Shown: positions 22,196 to 33,811, counted from the first letter of the stretch. The stretch: DNA of 64,000 nucleotides from Solimonas sp. (GCA_036275615.1 DASUDL010000047.1:2610-66609), one strand, 5' to 3'. The notes: generated by a model not told the origin, from the letters alone. Made by a program: numbers and translations.

Positions 22196-23067
22196 GGCGC
22201 CGGACCGGCGCCCGCGGCAAGTTCCAGCGCCCGCGCGTACAGCTCCTTCTTGCGCGCGCCGCTGATCTCCGCTGCCAGGCGCGCGGCGCTGGAAGCGGGC
22301 AGTTCCTTCAGCAGCAGGCGCAGGACGCGCTCGCCTTCGGCTGCTGCCGCGTCGCCGGTTTCCGCTGCGCCACCGACCAGCAGCACGAACTCGCCCCGCG
22401 TCCGATGCGGGTTTTCGCGCATCCAGGCGGCAATCTCCGCCGCCGATGCGGTGCGGCTTTCCTCGTGCAGCTTGCTCAGCTCGCGTGCCAGGCACAGGGA
22501 GCGTTCGCCGCCGAGCACGGCGACGATGTCGTCCACGGAATCCAGGATGCGGTGGCTGGATTCGTAGAGGATCAGGGTGCGGGTCTCGGCGGCCAGTGTG
22601 CGCAGGCGCTCCTGGCGCGCGCCGCTCTTGTGTGGCAGGAAGCCCTCGAACACGAAGCGATCACTGGGCAGTCCCGAGACGGACAGGGCCGCGATCGCCG
22701 CGCAGGGACCGGGGATGGTGATGACCTCCAGGTTCGCCGCGCGCGCGGCGCGGACGACGGCGAAGCCCGGATCGGAGATCAGCGGCGTGCCGGCGTCCGA
22801 CACCAGGGCCAAGGCCTCGCCCTGCTGCAGGCGCCGCACCAGCTGTGCGCAGATCGCATCCTCGTTGTGCTCGTGCAGGGCCAGCAGCGGACGGGCGATG
22901 CCGAAGTGCGCGAGCAGCTGGCCGCTGGTGCGCGTGTCCTCGGCGCAGATGGCGTCCACGGCCGCCAGCACCTGCTGCGCGCGCGGTGACAGGTCGCCCA
23001 AGTTGCCGATCGGCGTGGCGACGACGTAAAGCTGTCCGGCCTGCACCGGTCGGCGGGTTTCGGTCAC
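22192..23067 (-). CDS. rsmI: 16S rRNA C1402 2'-O-methyltransferase
   Basis: LYVVATPIGNL, AEDTR, VSDAGTPLISDPG, FEGFLP, RELSKLHE. Confidence 0.96.
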   Translation of the reverse strand: MTETRRPVQAGQLYVVATPIGNLGDLSPRAQQVLAAVDAICAEDTRTSGQLLAHFGIARPLLALHEHNEDAICAQLVRRLQQGEALALVSDAGTPLISDPGFAVVRAARAANLEVITIPGPCAAIAALSVSGLPSDRFVFEGFLPHKSGARQERLRTLAAETRTLILYESSHRILDSVDDIVAVLGGERSLCLARELSKLHEESRTASAAEIAAWMRENPHRTRGEFVLLVGGAAETGDAAAAEGERVLRLLLKELPASSAARLAAEISGARKKELYARALELAAGAGPAP

Positions 23068-23103
23068 GGCGTCGGCGCAAGGCTGCGTGTCATACTCGCG
23101 ATT

Positions 23104-24369
23104 ATGGTTCAGAACCTCCGACTTGCCACCGGCCTGCTGCTGTTCCTGGCGCTCGTCGCCGGCTGCGCCCGCGCCCAGCCGCGCCCCTCCGGCAGCCCGT
23201 TCGACGAGAACGGCCGCGTGCTGCCCGCGCCGGCGATCCGCGTCGACACACCAGCACCTGGCAGCGAGCCGATGCCGCCGCTGCCGCCGGACTTTCAGCT
23301 GCCGGTGGTGGAGCCGCGCACGCCCCGGGGCGTGAGCATCGGCCTGCTGCTGCCGCTGTCGGGCAGCTACGCCGCCACCGGCGAGGCCGTGCGCGATGGC
23401 TTCCTCGCCGCCACCTTCAAGGATCCGGCGCGGGGCGAGGTGCGGGTCTACGATGTCGGCAGCAGCGATGCCCAGTTGCTCGGCGCCTACCAGCGCGCGC
23501 TCGATGAGGGTGCTGCCATCCTGGTGGGACCCCTGCGCAAGGAGAGCGTGGCCTACCTCGCCAGCCTGCGCCCGCCGGTGCCGGTGCTCGCCCTCAACTA
23601 CCTCGACGCGGCCAGCAGCGTGCCGTTCAACTTCCTGCAGATGGGCCTGGCGCCGGAGGACGAGGCGCGGGCGGCGGCCGATCACGCCAACCGCCTCGGT
23701 CTGCGCCGCGCCATCGCCATGGTGCCCGGCAACGAATGGGGCGAGCGCACGCTGGCGGCCTTCGAGCAGCAGCTGCGCGCCGAGGGCGGCGCGGTGCTGC
23801 GCAGCGAACGCTACACGCCGGGCGTGGCGGACCACTCCAAGGCGATCGAGGCCCTGCTGGGCGTGGCGGCCAGCGAGGAGCGCCACCGCGCCCTGACCGC
23901 GATCCTGGGCGTGAAGAGCCAGTTCGAGGCCAAGCGCCGCAGCGACATCGACCTGATCTTCCTGGCGGCCCGCGCGCCCGATGCGCGGCTGCTCGTGCCG
24001 CAATTCCGCTTTGCCCGGGTGGGCGATGCGCCGATCTATGCCACGGCCCTGGCCTACAGCGGCCGCGGCGACAGCGACCGCGCCGGCCTGCGCTTCTGCG
24101 ACATGCCGTGGGTGGTCGGCGACACCACCGTCTGGGCCCCGGCCCGTCTCGAGGTCGAGGCCCTGGCCTCGGCCGGCACCCAGCCACGCCTGCATGCCCT
24201 GGGACGCGATGCCTATCAGCTGTCCGCTGGCCTGCTGCGTGGTGAGCTGCGTCCGGGCGATCGCATCGACGGCGCCACCGGCCGGCTGTCCTGGGGCAGC
24301 AGCGGCCAGATCGAGCGCGCGCTCGACTGCGTGCAGATCCAGAGCGACGGTCTGCGCGCCCTGCCGTGA
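23104..24369 (+). CDS. lpoA: penicillin-binding protein activator LpoA/LppC (short form), lipoprotein
   Basis: lipobox VAGC; LLLPLSG, VGPLRKE, LAPEDEAR, RLHALG.DAY, GATGRL. Confidence 0.85.
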   Translation: MVQNLRLATGLLLFLALVAGCARAQPRPSGSPFDENGRVLPAPAIRVDTPAPGSEPMPPLPPDFQLPVVEPRTPRGVSIGLLLPLSGSYAATGEAVRDGFLAATFKDPARGEVRVYDVGSSDAQLLGAYQRALDEGAAILVGPLRKESVAYLASLRPPVPVLALNYLDAASSVPFNFLQMGLAPEDEARAAADHANRLGLRRAIAMVPGNEWGERTLAAFEQQLRAEGGAVLRSERYTPGVADHSKAIEALLGVAASEERHRALTAILGVKSQFEAKRRSDIDLIFLAARAPDARLLVPQFRFARVGDAPIYATALAYSGRGDSDRAGLRFCDMPWVVGDTTVWAPARLEVEALASAGTQPRLHALGRDAYQLSAGLLRGELRPGDRIDGATGRLSWGSSGQIERALDCVQIQSDGLRALP

Positions 24370-24707
24370 CCGGCGCCGAGGCCGAGGACGCGGCGCTGCG
24401 CCTGCTGCAGCGCGCCGGCCTGCGCCTGGTGACGCGCAACTTCCGCGCCCGCGGCGGCGAACTCGACCTGGTGATGCTGGACGGTGACACCCTGGTCGTC
24501 GCCGAGGTCCGCGCCCGGGCCGGCGCGGCCTTCGGCGGGGCCCTGGAGTCCGTGGACGCCCGCAAATGCCGGCGCATCATCCTGGCCGCCCAGCTGTTCC
24601 TGGCCGCGCATCCCGAGCACGCCAGTCGGCCGCTGCGCTTCGACGTCGTGGCCTACGAGGGCGCATCCCCGGCCCGCTGGCTGCGCGGCGCCTTCGACGG
24701 TTTCTGA
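24366..24707 (+). CDS. yraN: YraN family nuclease-like protein
   Basis: [22 protein letters not shown]. Confidence 0.9.
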   Translation: MTGAEAEDAALRLLQRAGLRLVTRNFRARGGELDLVMLDGDTLVVAEVRARAGAAFGGALESVDARKCRRIILAAQLFLAAHPEHASRPLRFDVVAYEGASPARWLRGAFDGF

Positions 24708-24804
24708 GCGATGGGACCGCTGGGCGGTTTCCGCCCATTGGACGGCGGCGCGGGGCGGTTCACACTATGGGCTGCGCTCCCTCCTTCCTGATCCCCGGTC
24801 CCTC

Positions 24805-25395
24805 ATGAGTCTCGACGCCCGCCTGCGCCAGCACTTCGAAGCCAGCATCCGCGCCAAGCAGGACACCCTGGCCTCGGCCCTGCCGGCCCTGCAGGCCGCG
24901 GCCGAACTGCTGGCCCGGCAGCTGGGCGCCGGCCACAAGGTGCTGGCTTGTGGCAATGGCGGCTCGGCGGGCGATGCCCAGCACTTCGCAGCGGAGCTGA
25001 CCGGCCGCTACGAGCGCGAGCGACCGGGCCTGCCGGGCCTGGCGCTGACCGTCGACAGCTCGGCGCTCACGGCGATCGCCAACGACTACAGCTACGAGCA
25101 GGTGTTCTCCAAGCAGGTCGTGGCGCTGGGCCGGCCGGGCGATGTACTGCTCGCCATCTCCACCTCGGGCAACTCGCCCAATGTGGTGAAGGCCATCGAG
25201 GCGGCGCAGGCGCAGGGTCTGGCCGTCATCGCGCTCACGGGCAAGGACGGCGGCCGCATGGCGCAGATGCTGCGTCCGGGCGACATCGAGCTGCGCTCGG
25301 CCGCCAGCGTCACCGCGCGCATCCAGGAAGTGCACATCCTGTTCCTGCACTGCCTCTGCGACGCCATCGACGAACAGTTGTACCCGCGCCCATGA
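24805..25395 (+). CDS. gmhA: phosphoheptose isomerase / DiaA-like SIS protein
   Basis: [36 protein letters not shown]. Confidence 0.9.
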   Translation: MSLDARLRQHFEASIRAKQDTLASALPALQAAAELLARQLGAGHKVLACGNGGSAGDAQHFAAELTGRYERERPGLPGLALTVDSSALTAIANDYSYEQVFSKQVVALGRPGDVLLAISTSGNSPNVVKAIEAAQAQGLAVIALTGKDGGRMAQMLRPGDIELRSAASVTARIQEVHILFLHCLCDAIDEQLYPRP

Positions 25396-26810
25396 GCTCG
25401 GGCGCGCCGCAGATCCAGAAGGCCGAACCGCTGCCCGCGGCGGCTCTGCAGCGACTGCGCAGCGCCTTCCCGGCGGACCGGCTCCACACCGACCCGGCCG
25501 ACTGCCTGGCCTATGGCTATGACAACTCCAAGCGCATGGCCTGTCCGCAGGCCGTGGTCTTTGCCACGACGCATGATGACGTGGTGGCCGCAGTGCAGGC
25601 CTGCCGTGAACTGAACCTGCCGCTGGTGGCGCGCGGCCGCGGCACCAACACCACCGGCGCGACGGTGCCGATCCACGGGGGCGTGGTGCTCAGCCTGGAG
25701 CGCATGAACCGCATCCTGCGCATCTCCCCCGGCGACCGCCTGCTGGAATGCGAGGCCGGTGCGCTCAACGGCGAGGTGCAGGCGGCCGCGGCGAAGCATG
25801 GCCTGTTCTGGGCCCCCGATCCGACCAGCCTCGGTTATTCCACGGTCGGCGGGAACCTCGCCTGCTGCGCGGGCGGGCCGCGTGCGGTGAAGTACGGCAC
25901 GGCGCGCGACAACATCCTGGGCCTGCGGGCGGTGACCGGCACCGGCGCCTCGATCAAGACCGGCTGCACCACGACCAAGGGCGTGGTCGGCTACGACCTT
26001 ACGCGCCTGCTGGTGGGCAGCGAGGGCACCCTGGCGATCATCACCGAGGCCACGCTCAAGCTTCTGCCGCTGCCGCAGCAGGTGAGGACCCTGCGCGCCT
26101 GCTATGCCGACGTCAGGTCGGCCGCCGAGGCAGTGGCGCGCATCATGGGCCAGCCCGAGACGCCGAGCGCGCTGGAGTTCATGGACGGCGACGCCGTGCA
26201 GCTGGCGGAGGCCTACCAGCCCACGGGTATCCCGGCCGGCACCGGCGCCCTGCTGCTGCTGGAGGTCGACGGCAGTCCCGAGTCGCTCGACGCCAGCCTG
26301 CGCGCCGTGCGCGCAGCGGCGGAGGGGCCCGGCCTGGTGGAACTCAAGGCGGCGCAGAGTGCGGCCGAGACCGAGGCGCTGTGGGCCTGCCGCAAGGCGC
26401 TCTCGCCCTCGCTGCGCAAGATCGCGCCGAAGAAGGTCAACGAGGATGTCTGCGTGCCGGTGACGCGCATCCCGGAACTGGTCTCGGGCCTGGCCGCGCT
26501 GTCGCAGCGCTACGGCATCCGCATCGTCAACTTCGGGCACGCCGGCAACGGCAACATGCACACGAACCTGCTCGCCGATCCCGAGGACCCGGCGCAGATG
26601 CGCGCCGTCCACGACTGCCTGGGGGAGGTATTCCGCCTGGTGCTGCGCCTGGAGGGCACGCTGTCCGGCGAGCACGGCGTCGGCATCGAGAAGCGCGACT
26701 ACGTCGGCTGGGAGATCGCCGAGGACACGCTCGCCGCGATGCGCGCGCTCAAGCACAGCTTCGACCCGCAGGGCCTGCTCAATCCGGGCAAGGCCCTGCC
26801 CGGCATCTAG
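25392..26810 (+). CDS. FAD-linked oxidase (GlcD / D-2-hydroxyacid dehydrogenase family)
   Basis: [41 protein letters not shown]. Confidence 0.9.
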   Translation: MSSGAPQIQKAEPLPAAALQRLRSAFPADRLHTDPADCLAYGYDNSKRMACPQAVVFATTHDDVVAAVQACRELNLPLVARGRGTNTTGATVPIHGGVVLSLERMNRILRISPGDRLLECEAGALNGEVQAAAAKHGLFWAPDPTSLGYSTVGGNLACCAGGPRAVKYGTARDNILGLRAVTGTGASIKTGCTTTKGVVGYDLTRLLVGSEGTLAIITEATLKLLPLPQQVRTLRACYADVRSAAEAVARIMGQPETPSALEFMDGDAVQLAEAYQPTGIPAGTGALLLLEVDGSPESLDASLRAVRAAAEGPGLVELKAAQSAAETEALWACRKALSPSLRKIAPKKVNEDVCVPVTRIPELVSGLAALSQRYGIRIVNFGHAGNGNMHTNLLADPEDPAQMRAVHDCLGEVFRLVLRLEGTLSGEHGVGIEKRDYVGWEIAEDTLAAMRALKHSFDPQGLLNPGKALPGI

Positions 26811-26829
26811 CCCCGCTGCGGGCCCGGGC

Positions 26830-27726
26830 TCAGAGGCCCTGTTTTGCGAGGAAGGCGCGTACCGCCGCCTCGCTCGCGGCCGGGTCCTCCAGCATGAAGC
26901 AATGCCCGCCGGCGATGCGCTGCACGGTAACCGGCGGGTATCCCGCGGCGCGCCGGGCCGCGGCAGGGAAGAAGGGATAGCTGCGGTCCCCGTACAGGAA
27001 CAGGGTGGGCACCTGCAGCCGGCGGAATGCGCCCCAGGGCCAGACCGGGTGATCGAAGATCGCGGCCTCCAGCGAGGTGGGGCAGCACAGCACGCGGCTG
27101 CCGTCGGCGTCGTCGCGCGTGGCATGCGCCACGAAGCAGGCCAGGGCTTCCTCGGTCCAGCCCTGGTAGATGCCTCGGCCGCGCAGGCGCGCGGCGACCT
27201 CCTCGGCCGAGGCCCAGCGCGAGCGGCGGCGCCGCGCCGCCTGCGAGATCGGATTGCGGCCCAGGCGCGCGGCGAGGCGCACGCCGCCCCAGATCCACGG
27301 CGGCATGACGATGGGGTCCAGCAGGACCAGCGCCCGGAACAGGCCGGGGTTGGCCGCGGCCACGGCCAGCGTGAGTGCCGCACCGAAGCTGTGGCCGATG
27401 CCGACCAGCGGCCGGTCCTGCAGCTGCTGCTCGGCGATCACCTGCGGAATCCGCGCGACCAGGGCGCCCACGCCGGAGAAGCGCTCGGGCGGTTCGCTGG
27501 CGCCGTGGCCCTCGAGGTCGTGGCAGAACAGGGCGTGATCCTGCGCCAGGCCGCGCAGGAACGGCCAGTACACACCCCCGCAGAAGCCGTTGCCATGCAG
27601 GAAGTGCAGCCGGGGTCCGGGGCCGTCGATGCGGCGGCCGTGGAGGCGCGGGCCCTCGCCGGCGGTGGAGGTCCAGGCGCGGCCCTGGTCGAGATAACGG
27701 GGCTTAGGGCTGTCGTGCATATCCAT
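26830..27726 (-). CDS. alpha/beta fold hydrolase
   Basis: HFLHGNGF, GHSFG, LLDP, GGHCF. Confidence 0.85.
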   Translation of the reverse strand: MDMHDSPKPRYLDQGRAWTSTAGEGPRLHGRRIDGPGPRLHFLHGNGFCGGVYWPFLRGLAQDHALFCHDLEGHGASEPPERFSGVGALVARIPQVIAEQQLQDRPLVGIGHSFGAALTLAVAAANPGLFRALVLLDPIVMPPWIWGGVRLAARLGRNPISQAARRRRSRWASAEEVAARLRGRGIYQGWTEEALACFVAHATRDDADGSRVLCCPTSLEAAIFDHPVWPWGAFRRLQVPTLFLYGDRSYPFFPAAARRAAGYPPVTVQRIAGGHCFMLEDPAASEAAVRAFLAKQGL

Positions 27727-27804
27727 AGAACATGATCGTGGGGGTGCTTTTGCACCGCGGTTTGGCCCCTATTCTCGCTGCTCGTGAACCGATGGGAGCC
27801 TGCG

Positions 27805-28422
27805 ATGGCGCTGGACCTTGATGCCGTGAACCGCGAACTGGGCCGTGACCCCGAGCGCCTGCTGGACTGGGCGCTGCAGCAGGGGCCGGCGATTGCCACC
27901 ACCAACTTCCGTCCCTATGCCGCCGTGTTCCTGCACCACGTGACGCGGGCCGATCCACGGCTGCCAGTGATCTGGATGGACTCGGGCTACAACACGCCGG
28001 AGACCTATCGCCATGCCGAGGACCTGCGCCGGCGCCTGGGTCTGCAGCTGCATGTCTACCAGCCGCGGCGCACGCGGGCGCGGCGCGAGGCGCTCGAGGG
28101 CCCGCCGCCGGGCGCCGACGATCCGCGCCTGAAGGCCTTTGTGCGCGAGGTGAAGCTGGAGCCTTTCGAGCGCGCGCTGGCCGACTTCCGGCCCAAGGTC
28201 TGGATCCACGGCGCCCGCGCCGGCGATACCGCGCACCGCGCCGGCATGCAGCCGGTGGCCTGGAATGCCGACGGCATCCTCAAGGTGGCGCCCCTGCTGC
28301 ACTGGACCGGCAAGGAGCTGAACGCCTATCTCAAGCGCCATGAGCTGCCGATCAACTGGGACTACGTCGATCCGAGCAAGCCCGATCCGCGACAGGAATG
28401 CGGACTGCTGGTGGCGCACTGA
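27805..28422 (+). CDS. cysH: PAPS/APS reductase family protein (short, no Fe-S cysteine motif)
   Basis: W.DSGYN, VKLEPF, KVAP..W, ECGL C-terminus; GGGAG Shine-Dalgarno. Confidence 0.8.
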   Translation: MALDLDAVNRELGRDPERLLDWALQQGPAIATTNFRPYAAVFLHHVTRADPRLPVIWMDSGYNTPETYRHAEDLRRRLGLQLHVYQPRRTRARREALEGPPPGADDPRLKAFVREVKLEPFERALADFRPKVWIHGARAGDTAHRAGMQPVAWNADGILKVAPLLHWTGKELNAYLKRHELPINWDYVDPSKPDPRQECGLLVAH

Positions 28423-28431
28423 AGCCGCCGC

Positions 28432-28851
28432 TCAGGGCGGGTCCGCGCGGGGCGCCGCGAGCTTCTCGTACTCGGCGTTCAGCCACAGGTCGAGGGTGAG
28501 CAGGCGGTGCTGGATCGCCGGCTCCACGCGGCGACCGCGCAGCTGCCCCAGCAGGGCATCGAGCTCGTCCAGCCGCGGCCGCCGTTGCTGCGGCGTGAGC
28601 CGGGCGTAGTCCTGTTCCAGCAGCCGCAGCCGCTGGTCGAGCCGGTACAGCACCGTATGCGGATGGGGTAGCGCGGCCGGCCGCACGACGGGAGCGGCCG
28701 GTGCCGCAAGCGCCGGCACCACGGGTGCGGCCCGAGGCGAGGCGGCGCCCGGCAGGGCCGGGGCCAGACCGGCGGCGGGCGGCGAAGGGGCTGCCGGCAG
28801 CGCCGATTCGGTCGCCAGCAGGCCCAGGGCGAGCAGCCAGGCGCTGCTCAT
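28432..28851 (-). CDS. hypothetical exported protein, Pro/Ala-rich linker plus helical domain
   Basis: ATGA overlap with upstream hydrolase; signal-peptide-like N-terminus. Confidence 0.6.
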   Translation of the reverse strand: MSSAWLLALGLLATESALPAAPSPPAAGLAPALPGAASPRAAPVVPALAAPAAPVVRPAALPHPHTVLYRLDQRLRLLEQDYARLTPQQRRPRLDELDALLGQLRGRRVEPAIQHRLLTLDLWLNAEYEKLAAPRADPP

Positions 28852-29720
28852 GCGTCCGCAGCCAGGAAGTCGGCCATTGCCCGGCCCGTGGCTTCGGGGG
28901 CGTCAAAATGCAGCATGTGGCCGGCGCCGGCGATCTGCGCCTCGGTGCGTGACCGGAAGCAGGCGCGACGCTGCGCCAGTTCGGCGGCCGGCAGGGCCTG
29001 CAGGAAAGGCGAGGCGCCGCCATCGAGGAACAGCGTGGGGGCGGTGACTTCGCGCCAGACCGCCATCGACTCGGCGGCGCGGTACAGCCCCGGGCCGGAC
29101 AGGGTGTGCTTCGGGTCGGCGAGCAGGCGTACGCGGCCGTGGCCGTCCTGCGCCCCCCAGCCGCGGGCCACGAACAGGGCGCGTTCCGGCGAAAGCTGCG
29201 GGTGGCGCCGGCGCACGCGCTCGGCCAGCACCTCGAAGGACGGGTAGATCTTCTCGGCATCGAGGCCATCCAGCTGGTCCAGCCAGCGGCGCAGCCGCTT
29301 GGGTGCCAGGTCGGCCGGCATGTCCGGCAGGAACAGGCCGTCGAGCAGGATCAGCCTGGAGACGCGGGTGGGCTTGAGGCCGGCATAGAGGCTGGCGATC
29401 TGCGCGCCCATGCTGTGGCCGGCGAGCCAGACCGGGCGTTCCGGGCTGACGTGGTCGAGGATGGCTGCCAGATCGGCCACATAGTCCGGAAACCAGTAGC
29501 CGTCCTGGGGCCACTGGCTGTAGCCCAGGCCGCGCCAGTCGGGCATCAGCACCTGGCACAGGGGCAGCAGGGGCTGGACCAGATCCTGGAACGTGGCCGA
29601 GGCGTCCAGCAGGCCGTGGCCCAGCACCAGCAGCGGCTGCTCCGGGCGCCCCCAGCGGCGCAGGTGGTAGCGCAGGCCGCGCACGGTCAGGAACTCGGAA
29701 CGGCTGGCGTGGACAGTCAT
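28848..29720 (-). CDS. alpha/beta fold hydrolase
   Basis: HGLLD, PDWRGLG, GHSMG, AGHMLH. Confidence 0.9.
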   Translation of the reverse strand: MTVHASRSEFLTVRGLRYHLRRWGRPEQPLLVLGHGLLDASATFQDLVQPLLPLCQVLMPDWRGLGYSQWPQDGYWFPDYVADLAAILDHVSPERPVWLAGHSMGAQIASLYAGLKPTRVSRLILLDGLFLPDMPADLAPKRLRRWLDQLDGLDAEKIYPSFEVLAERVRRRHPQLSPERALFVARGWGAQDGHGRVRLLADPKHTLSGPGLYRAAESMAVWREVTAPTLFLDGGASPFLQALPAAELAQRRACFRSRTEAQIAGAGHMLHFDAPEATGRAMADFLAADA

Positions 29721-29773
29721 GGGACGGGGCGGATTTTGCGGGCAGTATAGAGAAGCGCCCTGCCCGGGCGAGA

Positions 29774-29788
29774 TGGCATCGGTTTTGC
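29774..29788 (+). promoter_or_regulatory. sigma54 (-24/-12) promoter candidate
   Basis: TGGCATCGGTTTTGC = GG-N10-GC, 42 nt before the ATG at 29831. Confidence 0.7.
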
Positions 29789-29830
29789 CAGCAAAGGGCG
29801 ACTGCTTCCCGAGGACGAGCTGAGCCCGCC

Positions 29831-32800
29831 ATGACCCTGCACGTCGCCCTGCACCACGAGACGCAGTACCGCTACGACCGGCGCGTCGGCCTGTCGCCGC
29901 AGCTGATCCGCCTGCGGCCGGCGCCGCACACCCGCACCCAGGTGTTGAGCTATGCGCTCAAGGTCGCGCCCACGCCGCATTTCCTGAACTGGCAGCAGGA
30001 CCCCTTCGGCAACTGGCAGGCGCGGGTGGTATTCCCGGAGCCGGTCACCGAGTTCACGGTCACGGTCGACCTGGTCGCCGACCTGGCGGTGATCAACCCC
30101 TTCGACTTCTTCGTCGAGGCCGAGGCTGAGCAGTTTCCCTTCGCCTACGCGCCGGCGCTCAAGGCTCAGCTGGCGCCCTACCTGCAGCCGGCCCCGGCGG
30201 ACCGGCTGCTGCGGTCCTATCTGGAGGCCATCCCGCGCGAGCCTACGGGCACGATCGGCTTCGTCTCCGAGCTCAACCGCCGCCTGCAGGGCGAGATCGG
30301 CTACCTGATCCGCCTGGAGCCGGGCGTGCAGACGCCTGAGCAGACTCTGGCGCTGCGCTCGGGCTCCTGCCGTGACTCCGCCTGGCTGCTGGTGCAGATC
30401 CTGCGGCACCTGGGCCTGGCCGCGCGCTTCGTCTCCGGCTACCTGATCCAGCTCAAGCCCGACGTGAAGTCGCTCGAGGGTCCGGTGGGTGCCGCGCAGG
30501 ATTTCACCGACCTGCACGCCTGGGCCGAGGTCTACGTACCCGGCGCGGGCTGGCTGGGGCTGGACCCGACTTCCGGCCTGTTTGCCGGCGAGGGTCACAT
30601 TCCGCTGTCGGCCACGCCGGAGCCGTCCTCCGCGGCGCCAATCAGCGGCGCCGTCGATGAATGCAAGGTCGAGTTCGGCCATGCCATGCGCATCGAGCGC
30701 ATCGCCGAGAGTCCCCGCGTCACCTTGCCCTACGACGATGCCCAGTGGCAGGCCATCGACGCGCTGGGCACGGCCGTGGACCGGCGGCTGGCGGACGACG
30801 ACGTGCGCCTGACCATGGGCGGCGAGCCGACCTTCGTCGCGGCCGACGATCCTCAGGGCGCCGAGTGGAACACCGCGGCGGTGGGGCCGACCAAGGCGCA
30901 GCGGGCCTGGGATCTGGCCCTGAAGCTGCGCGAGCGTTACGCACCACAGGGTCTGCTCACCTGGGGCCAGGGCAAGTGGTATCCGGGGGAGTCGCTGCCG
31001 CGCTGGGTCTACACCCTGTACTGGCGCCGCGACGGCCAGCCCCTGTGGCGCACGCCGCCCGTGGCCCCGGACCCGGCCCGTCCGGCCGGCCTGCTGCAGG
31101 CCAACCAGTTCATGCTGGGGCTCGCGGAGCGCCTGGACCTCGATCCGCGCAATGTGATCGAGGCCTATGAGGACGCGCTCCACTACCTGGTGCGCGAGCG
31201 TCGGCTGCCGGTCAACGTCGATCCCTCCGACAACCGCCTCAAGGATCCGGAGGAGCGGGCGCGACTGCTGCAGGTCTTCGAGCGCGGCCTCGGCACGCCG
31301 CGTGGCTACGTCCTGCCGGTGCAGCGCTGGCAGTCGGCGGCGCGCTGGATGAGCGAGCGCTGGCTGCTGCGCACCGCGAAAATGTTCCTGCTGCCCGGCG
31401 ATTCGCCACTGGGCCTGCGCCTGCCGCTGGAGGCCCTGCCCTGGGCGCCGGCGCCGGCGGTGCCGGCGAGCTATCCGGCCGATCCCGGGGCGCTGCCGGC
31501 CGACCTGCCGACCGCCGATCCGCGTCGCCAGCCCTACCTGCAGCTGCGCGGCCAGGCCGCTCCGGGCGCGGCGCAGCGGCTCACGCCGGAGCATCGACAG
31601 CCTGCGCCGCAGGCGCGCGGCCGCTACCTCAACGGCAGCAATGTGCGGACGGCGCTCGCGGTGGAGGCGCGCGAGGGCTGGATCAACGTGTTCCTGCCAC
31701 CGGTGGGGCGTACCGAGGACTTCCTCGACCTCGTGGCGGCCATCGAGGACGTGGCAGCGGAGACGCGCCTGCCGGTGCGCATCGAAGGCTATGCGCCGCC
31801 CCCGGACCCGCGCCTGGAGCTGCTCAAGCTGACGCCGGATCCGGGCGTGATCGAAGTGAATGTCCAGCCGGCCCGCAGCTGGGCCGAGCTGCGCGATAAC
31901 ACCACGACCCTGTACGAGGCCGCGTTCCAGTCGCGGCTGTCGACGGAGAAGTTCCTGATCGACGGGCGCGCCGTGGGAACCGGTGGCGGCAACCACGTCG
32001 TCGTGGGCGGCGCGACGCCCGCGGACTCGCCCTTCCTGCGGCGGCCGGACGTGCTCGGCAGCCTGCTGCGCTACTGGCAGAACCACCCGTCCCTGTCCTA
32101 CGTGTTCTCGGGCCTGTTCATCGGCCCGACCTCGCAGCACCCGCGCGTCGATGAGGCGCGCGACGGCCAGCTCTACGAGCTGGAGCTGGCCCTGGCGCAG
32201 CTGCCGGCGCGCGGCCAGTCGGCGCCGCCCTGGGTCGTGGACCGTTGCCTGCGCAACCTGCTGGTGGACCTCACCGGCAATACGCACCGCGCCGAATTCT
32301 GCATCGACAAGCTGTACTCGCCCGATTCGCCGACCGGCCGCCTGGGCCTGGTGGAGCTGCGCGGCTTCGAGATGCCGCCGCACGCGCGCATGAGCCTCAC
32401 CCAGCAACTACTGGTGCGCGCCCTGATCGCCTGGTTCTGGCGCGAGCCCTACACCCGGCCGCTGGTGCGCTGGGGCACGCAGCTGCAGGACCGCTGGATG
32501 CTGCCGCACGACAATGCCGCCGATCTCGGCGAGGTGGTGGACGACCTGCGGCGCGCAGGCTTCGCCTTCGAGCGCAGCTGGTTCGCGCCGCATCTGGAGT
32601 TCCGCTTCCCCTGCCATGGCGTGCTGCGCCACCAGGGCCTGGAGCTGGAACTGCGCCACGCGCTCGAGGCCTGGCCGGTGCTGGGCGAGGAGCCCGGCGC
32701 GGGCGGCACCACGCGCTACGTCGACTCCTCGCTGGAACGCCTGCAGGTGAAGCTGAGCGGCGTCACGCCGGGTCGCCATACGGTGGCGGTTGCCGGCCGC

Positions 32801-33145
32801 GAACTGCCGCTGCGCAGCACCGGCGTGCAGGGCGAGTACGTGGCCGGCCTGCGCTACCGCGCCTGGCAGCCCCCGGCCTGCCTGCACCCGACGATCGGGG
32901 TGCACACCCCTCTGCGCTTCGATCTGTACGACCGCTGGAGCGGGCGGGCCCTGGCCGGTTGCACCTACCACGTCGCCCATCCGGCCGGCCGCAACTACGA
33001 GCACTACCCGGTGAATGCCTTCGAGGCCGAGGCGCGGCGCATCGCCCGCTTCGAGCCCATGGGCCATACGCCGGGCGCCTATCCGTTGCGCGCGGCCGAG
33101 CTCAATCCCGACTACCCCTGCACACTCGACCTGCGCCGGGGCTAG
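29831..33145 (+). CDS. transglutaminase-like domain fused to DUF2126 putative amidoligase
   Basis: N-terminal H.T.YRYD..IRLRPA; triad GSCRD / DLHAW / GLDPT; C-terminal [36 protein letters not shown]. Confidence 0.9.
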   Translation: MTLHVALHHETQYRYDRRVGLSPQLIRLRPAPHTRTQVLSYALKVAPTPHFLNWQQDPFGNWQARVVFPEPVTEFTVTVDLVADLAVINPFDFFVEAEAEQFPFAYAPALKAQLAPYLQPAPADRLLRSYLEAIPREPTGTIGFVSELNRRLQGEIGYLIRLEPGVQTPEQTLALRSGSCRDSAWLLVQILRHLGLAARFVSGYLIQLKPDVKSLEGPVGAAQDFTDLHAWAEVYVPGAGWLGLDPTSGLFAGEGHIPLSATPEPSSAAPISGAVDECKVEFGHAMRIERIAESPRVTLPYDDAQWQAIDALGTAVDRRLADDDVRLTMGGEPTFVAADDPQGAEWNTAAVGPTKAQRAWDLALKLRERYAPQGLLTWGQGKWYPGESLPRWVYTLYWRRDGQPLWRTPPVAPDPARPAGLLQANQFMLGLAERLDLDPRNVIEAYEDALHYLVRERRLPVNVDPSDNRLKDPEERARLLQVFERGLGTPRGYVLPVQRWQSAARWMSERWLLRTAKMFLLPGDSPLGLRLPLEALPWAPAPAVPASYPADPGALPADLPTADPRRQPYLQLRGQAAPGAAQRLTPEHRQPAPQARGRYLNGSNVRTALAVEAREGWINVFLPPVGRTEDFLDLVAAIEDVAAETRLPVRIEGYAPPPDPRLELLKLTPDPGVIEVNVQPARSWAELRDNTTTLYEAAFQSRLSTEKFLIDGRAVGTGGGNHVVVGGATPADSPFLRRPDVLGSLLRYWQNHPSLSYVFSGLFIGPTSQHPRVDEARDGQLYELELALAQLPARGQSAPPWVVDRCLRNLLVDLTGNTHRAEFCIDKLYSPDSPTGRLGLVELRGFEMPPHARMSLTQQLLVRALIAWFWREPYTRPLVRWGTQLQDRWMLPHDNAADLGEVVDDLRRAGFAFERSWFAPHLEFRFPCHGVLRHQGLELELRHALEAWPVLGEEPGAGGTTRYVDSSLERLQVKLSGVTPGRHTVAVAGRELPLRSTGVQGEYVAGLRYRAWQPPACLHPTIGVHTPLRFDLYDRWSGRALAGCTYHVAHPAGRNYEHYPVNAFEAEARRIARFEPMGHTPGAYPLRAAELNPDYPCTLDLRRG

Positions 33146-33157
33146 CCGCCGGCCGGC

Positions 33158-33754
33158 TCAGTCGAGCTTGCCCTGCAGCAGTTCCTCGATCAGCACGAAG
33201 CGATCATTGCCCCAGAGCATGTGCTTGCCGACGAAGAAGGTGGGGGCGCCAAACACGCCGCGCTGCACCGCCTCCTCGGTGTTGGCCTTGAGGCGCTCCT
33301 TGACCGCCGGATCCTGCGCCAGGGCCAGCGTGGCCTCGGGGTCGAGCCCCAGGTCGGTGGCGATGGCCTTGAGCACGTCCGGCTGGCCGATGTCCTGGTC
33401 GCGGCTCCAGTGTGCGGTCATCACCGCCAGCGCCCAGCGCCCGACCTGCTCCGGCGGCAGGCCACAGCCGATGCGCAGCGAGGTGAGGCTGGCCACCGGA
33501 AACACCTTGGGCCACCAGAACGGCACGCCGTAGTGCTTCGCCCAGAGCCGGAGGTCCTGGAACAGGTACTTGCCCTTGGCGGGGATCTGGGCGGGCGGGC
33601 GGTTGCCGGTGGCCTCGAAGGCCTTGCCCAGCAGGAAGGGGCGCCAGACCACGGTGGCGCCGTGGCGTGCCGCCAGGGCCTCGATCTGGGTGGCCGCCAG
33701 GTAGGTGTAGGGGCTGACGGAGTCCCAGAAGAATTCGATGGTCTTGCCGGTCAT
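33158..33754 (-). CDS. 2-hydroxychromene-2-carboxylate isomerase / kappa-class GST (DsbA fold)
   Basis: FFWDSVSPYTYL, PFLLG, GVFGAPTF, WGNDR. Confidence 0.9.
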   Translation of the reverse strand: MTGKTIEFFWDSVSPYTYLAATQIEALAARHGATVVWRPFLLGKAFEATGNRPPAQIPAKGKYLFQDLRLWAKHYGVPFWWPKVFPVASLTSLRIGCGLPPEQVGRWALAVMTAHWSRDQDIGQPDVLKAIATDLGLDPEATLALAQDPAVKERLKANTEEAVQRGVFGAPTFFVGKHMLWGNDRFVLIEELLQGKLD

Positions 33755-33811
33755 GGACGCTCGCAGGGGCAGGGAAGGCGATGCGGTCGAGTCTTGCATG
33801 GCGGTTTTTCC

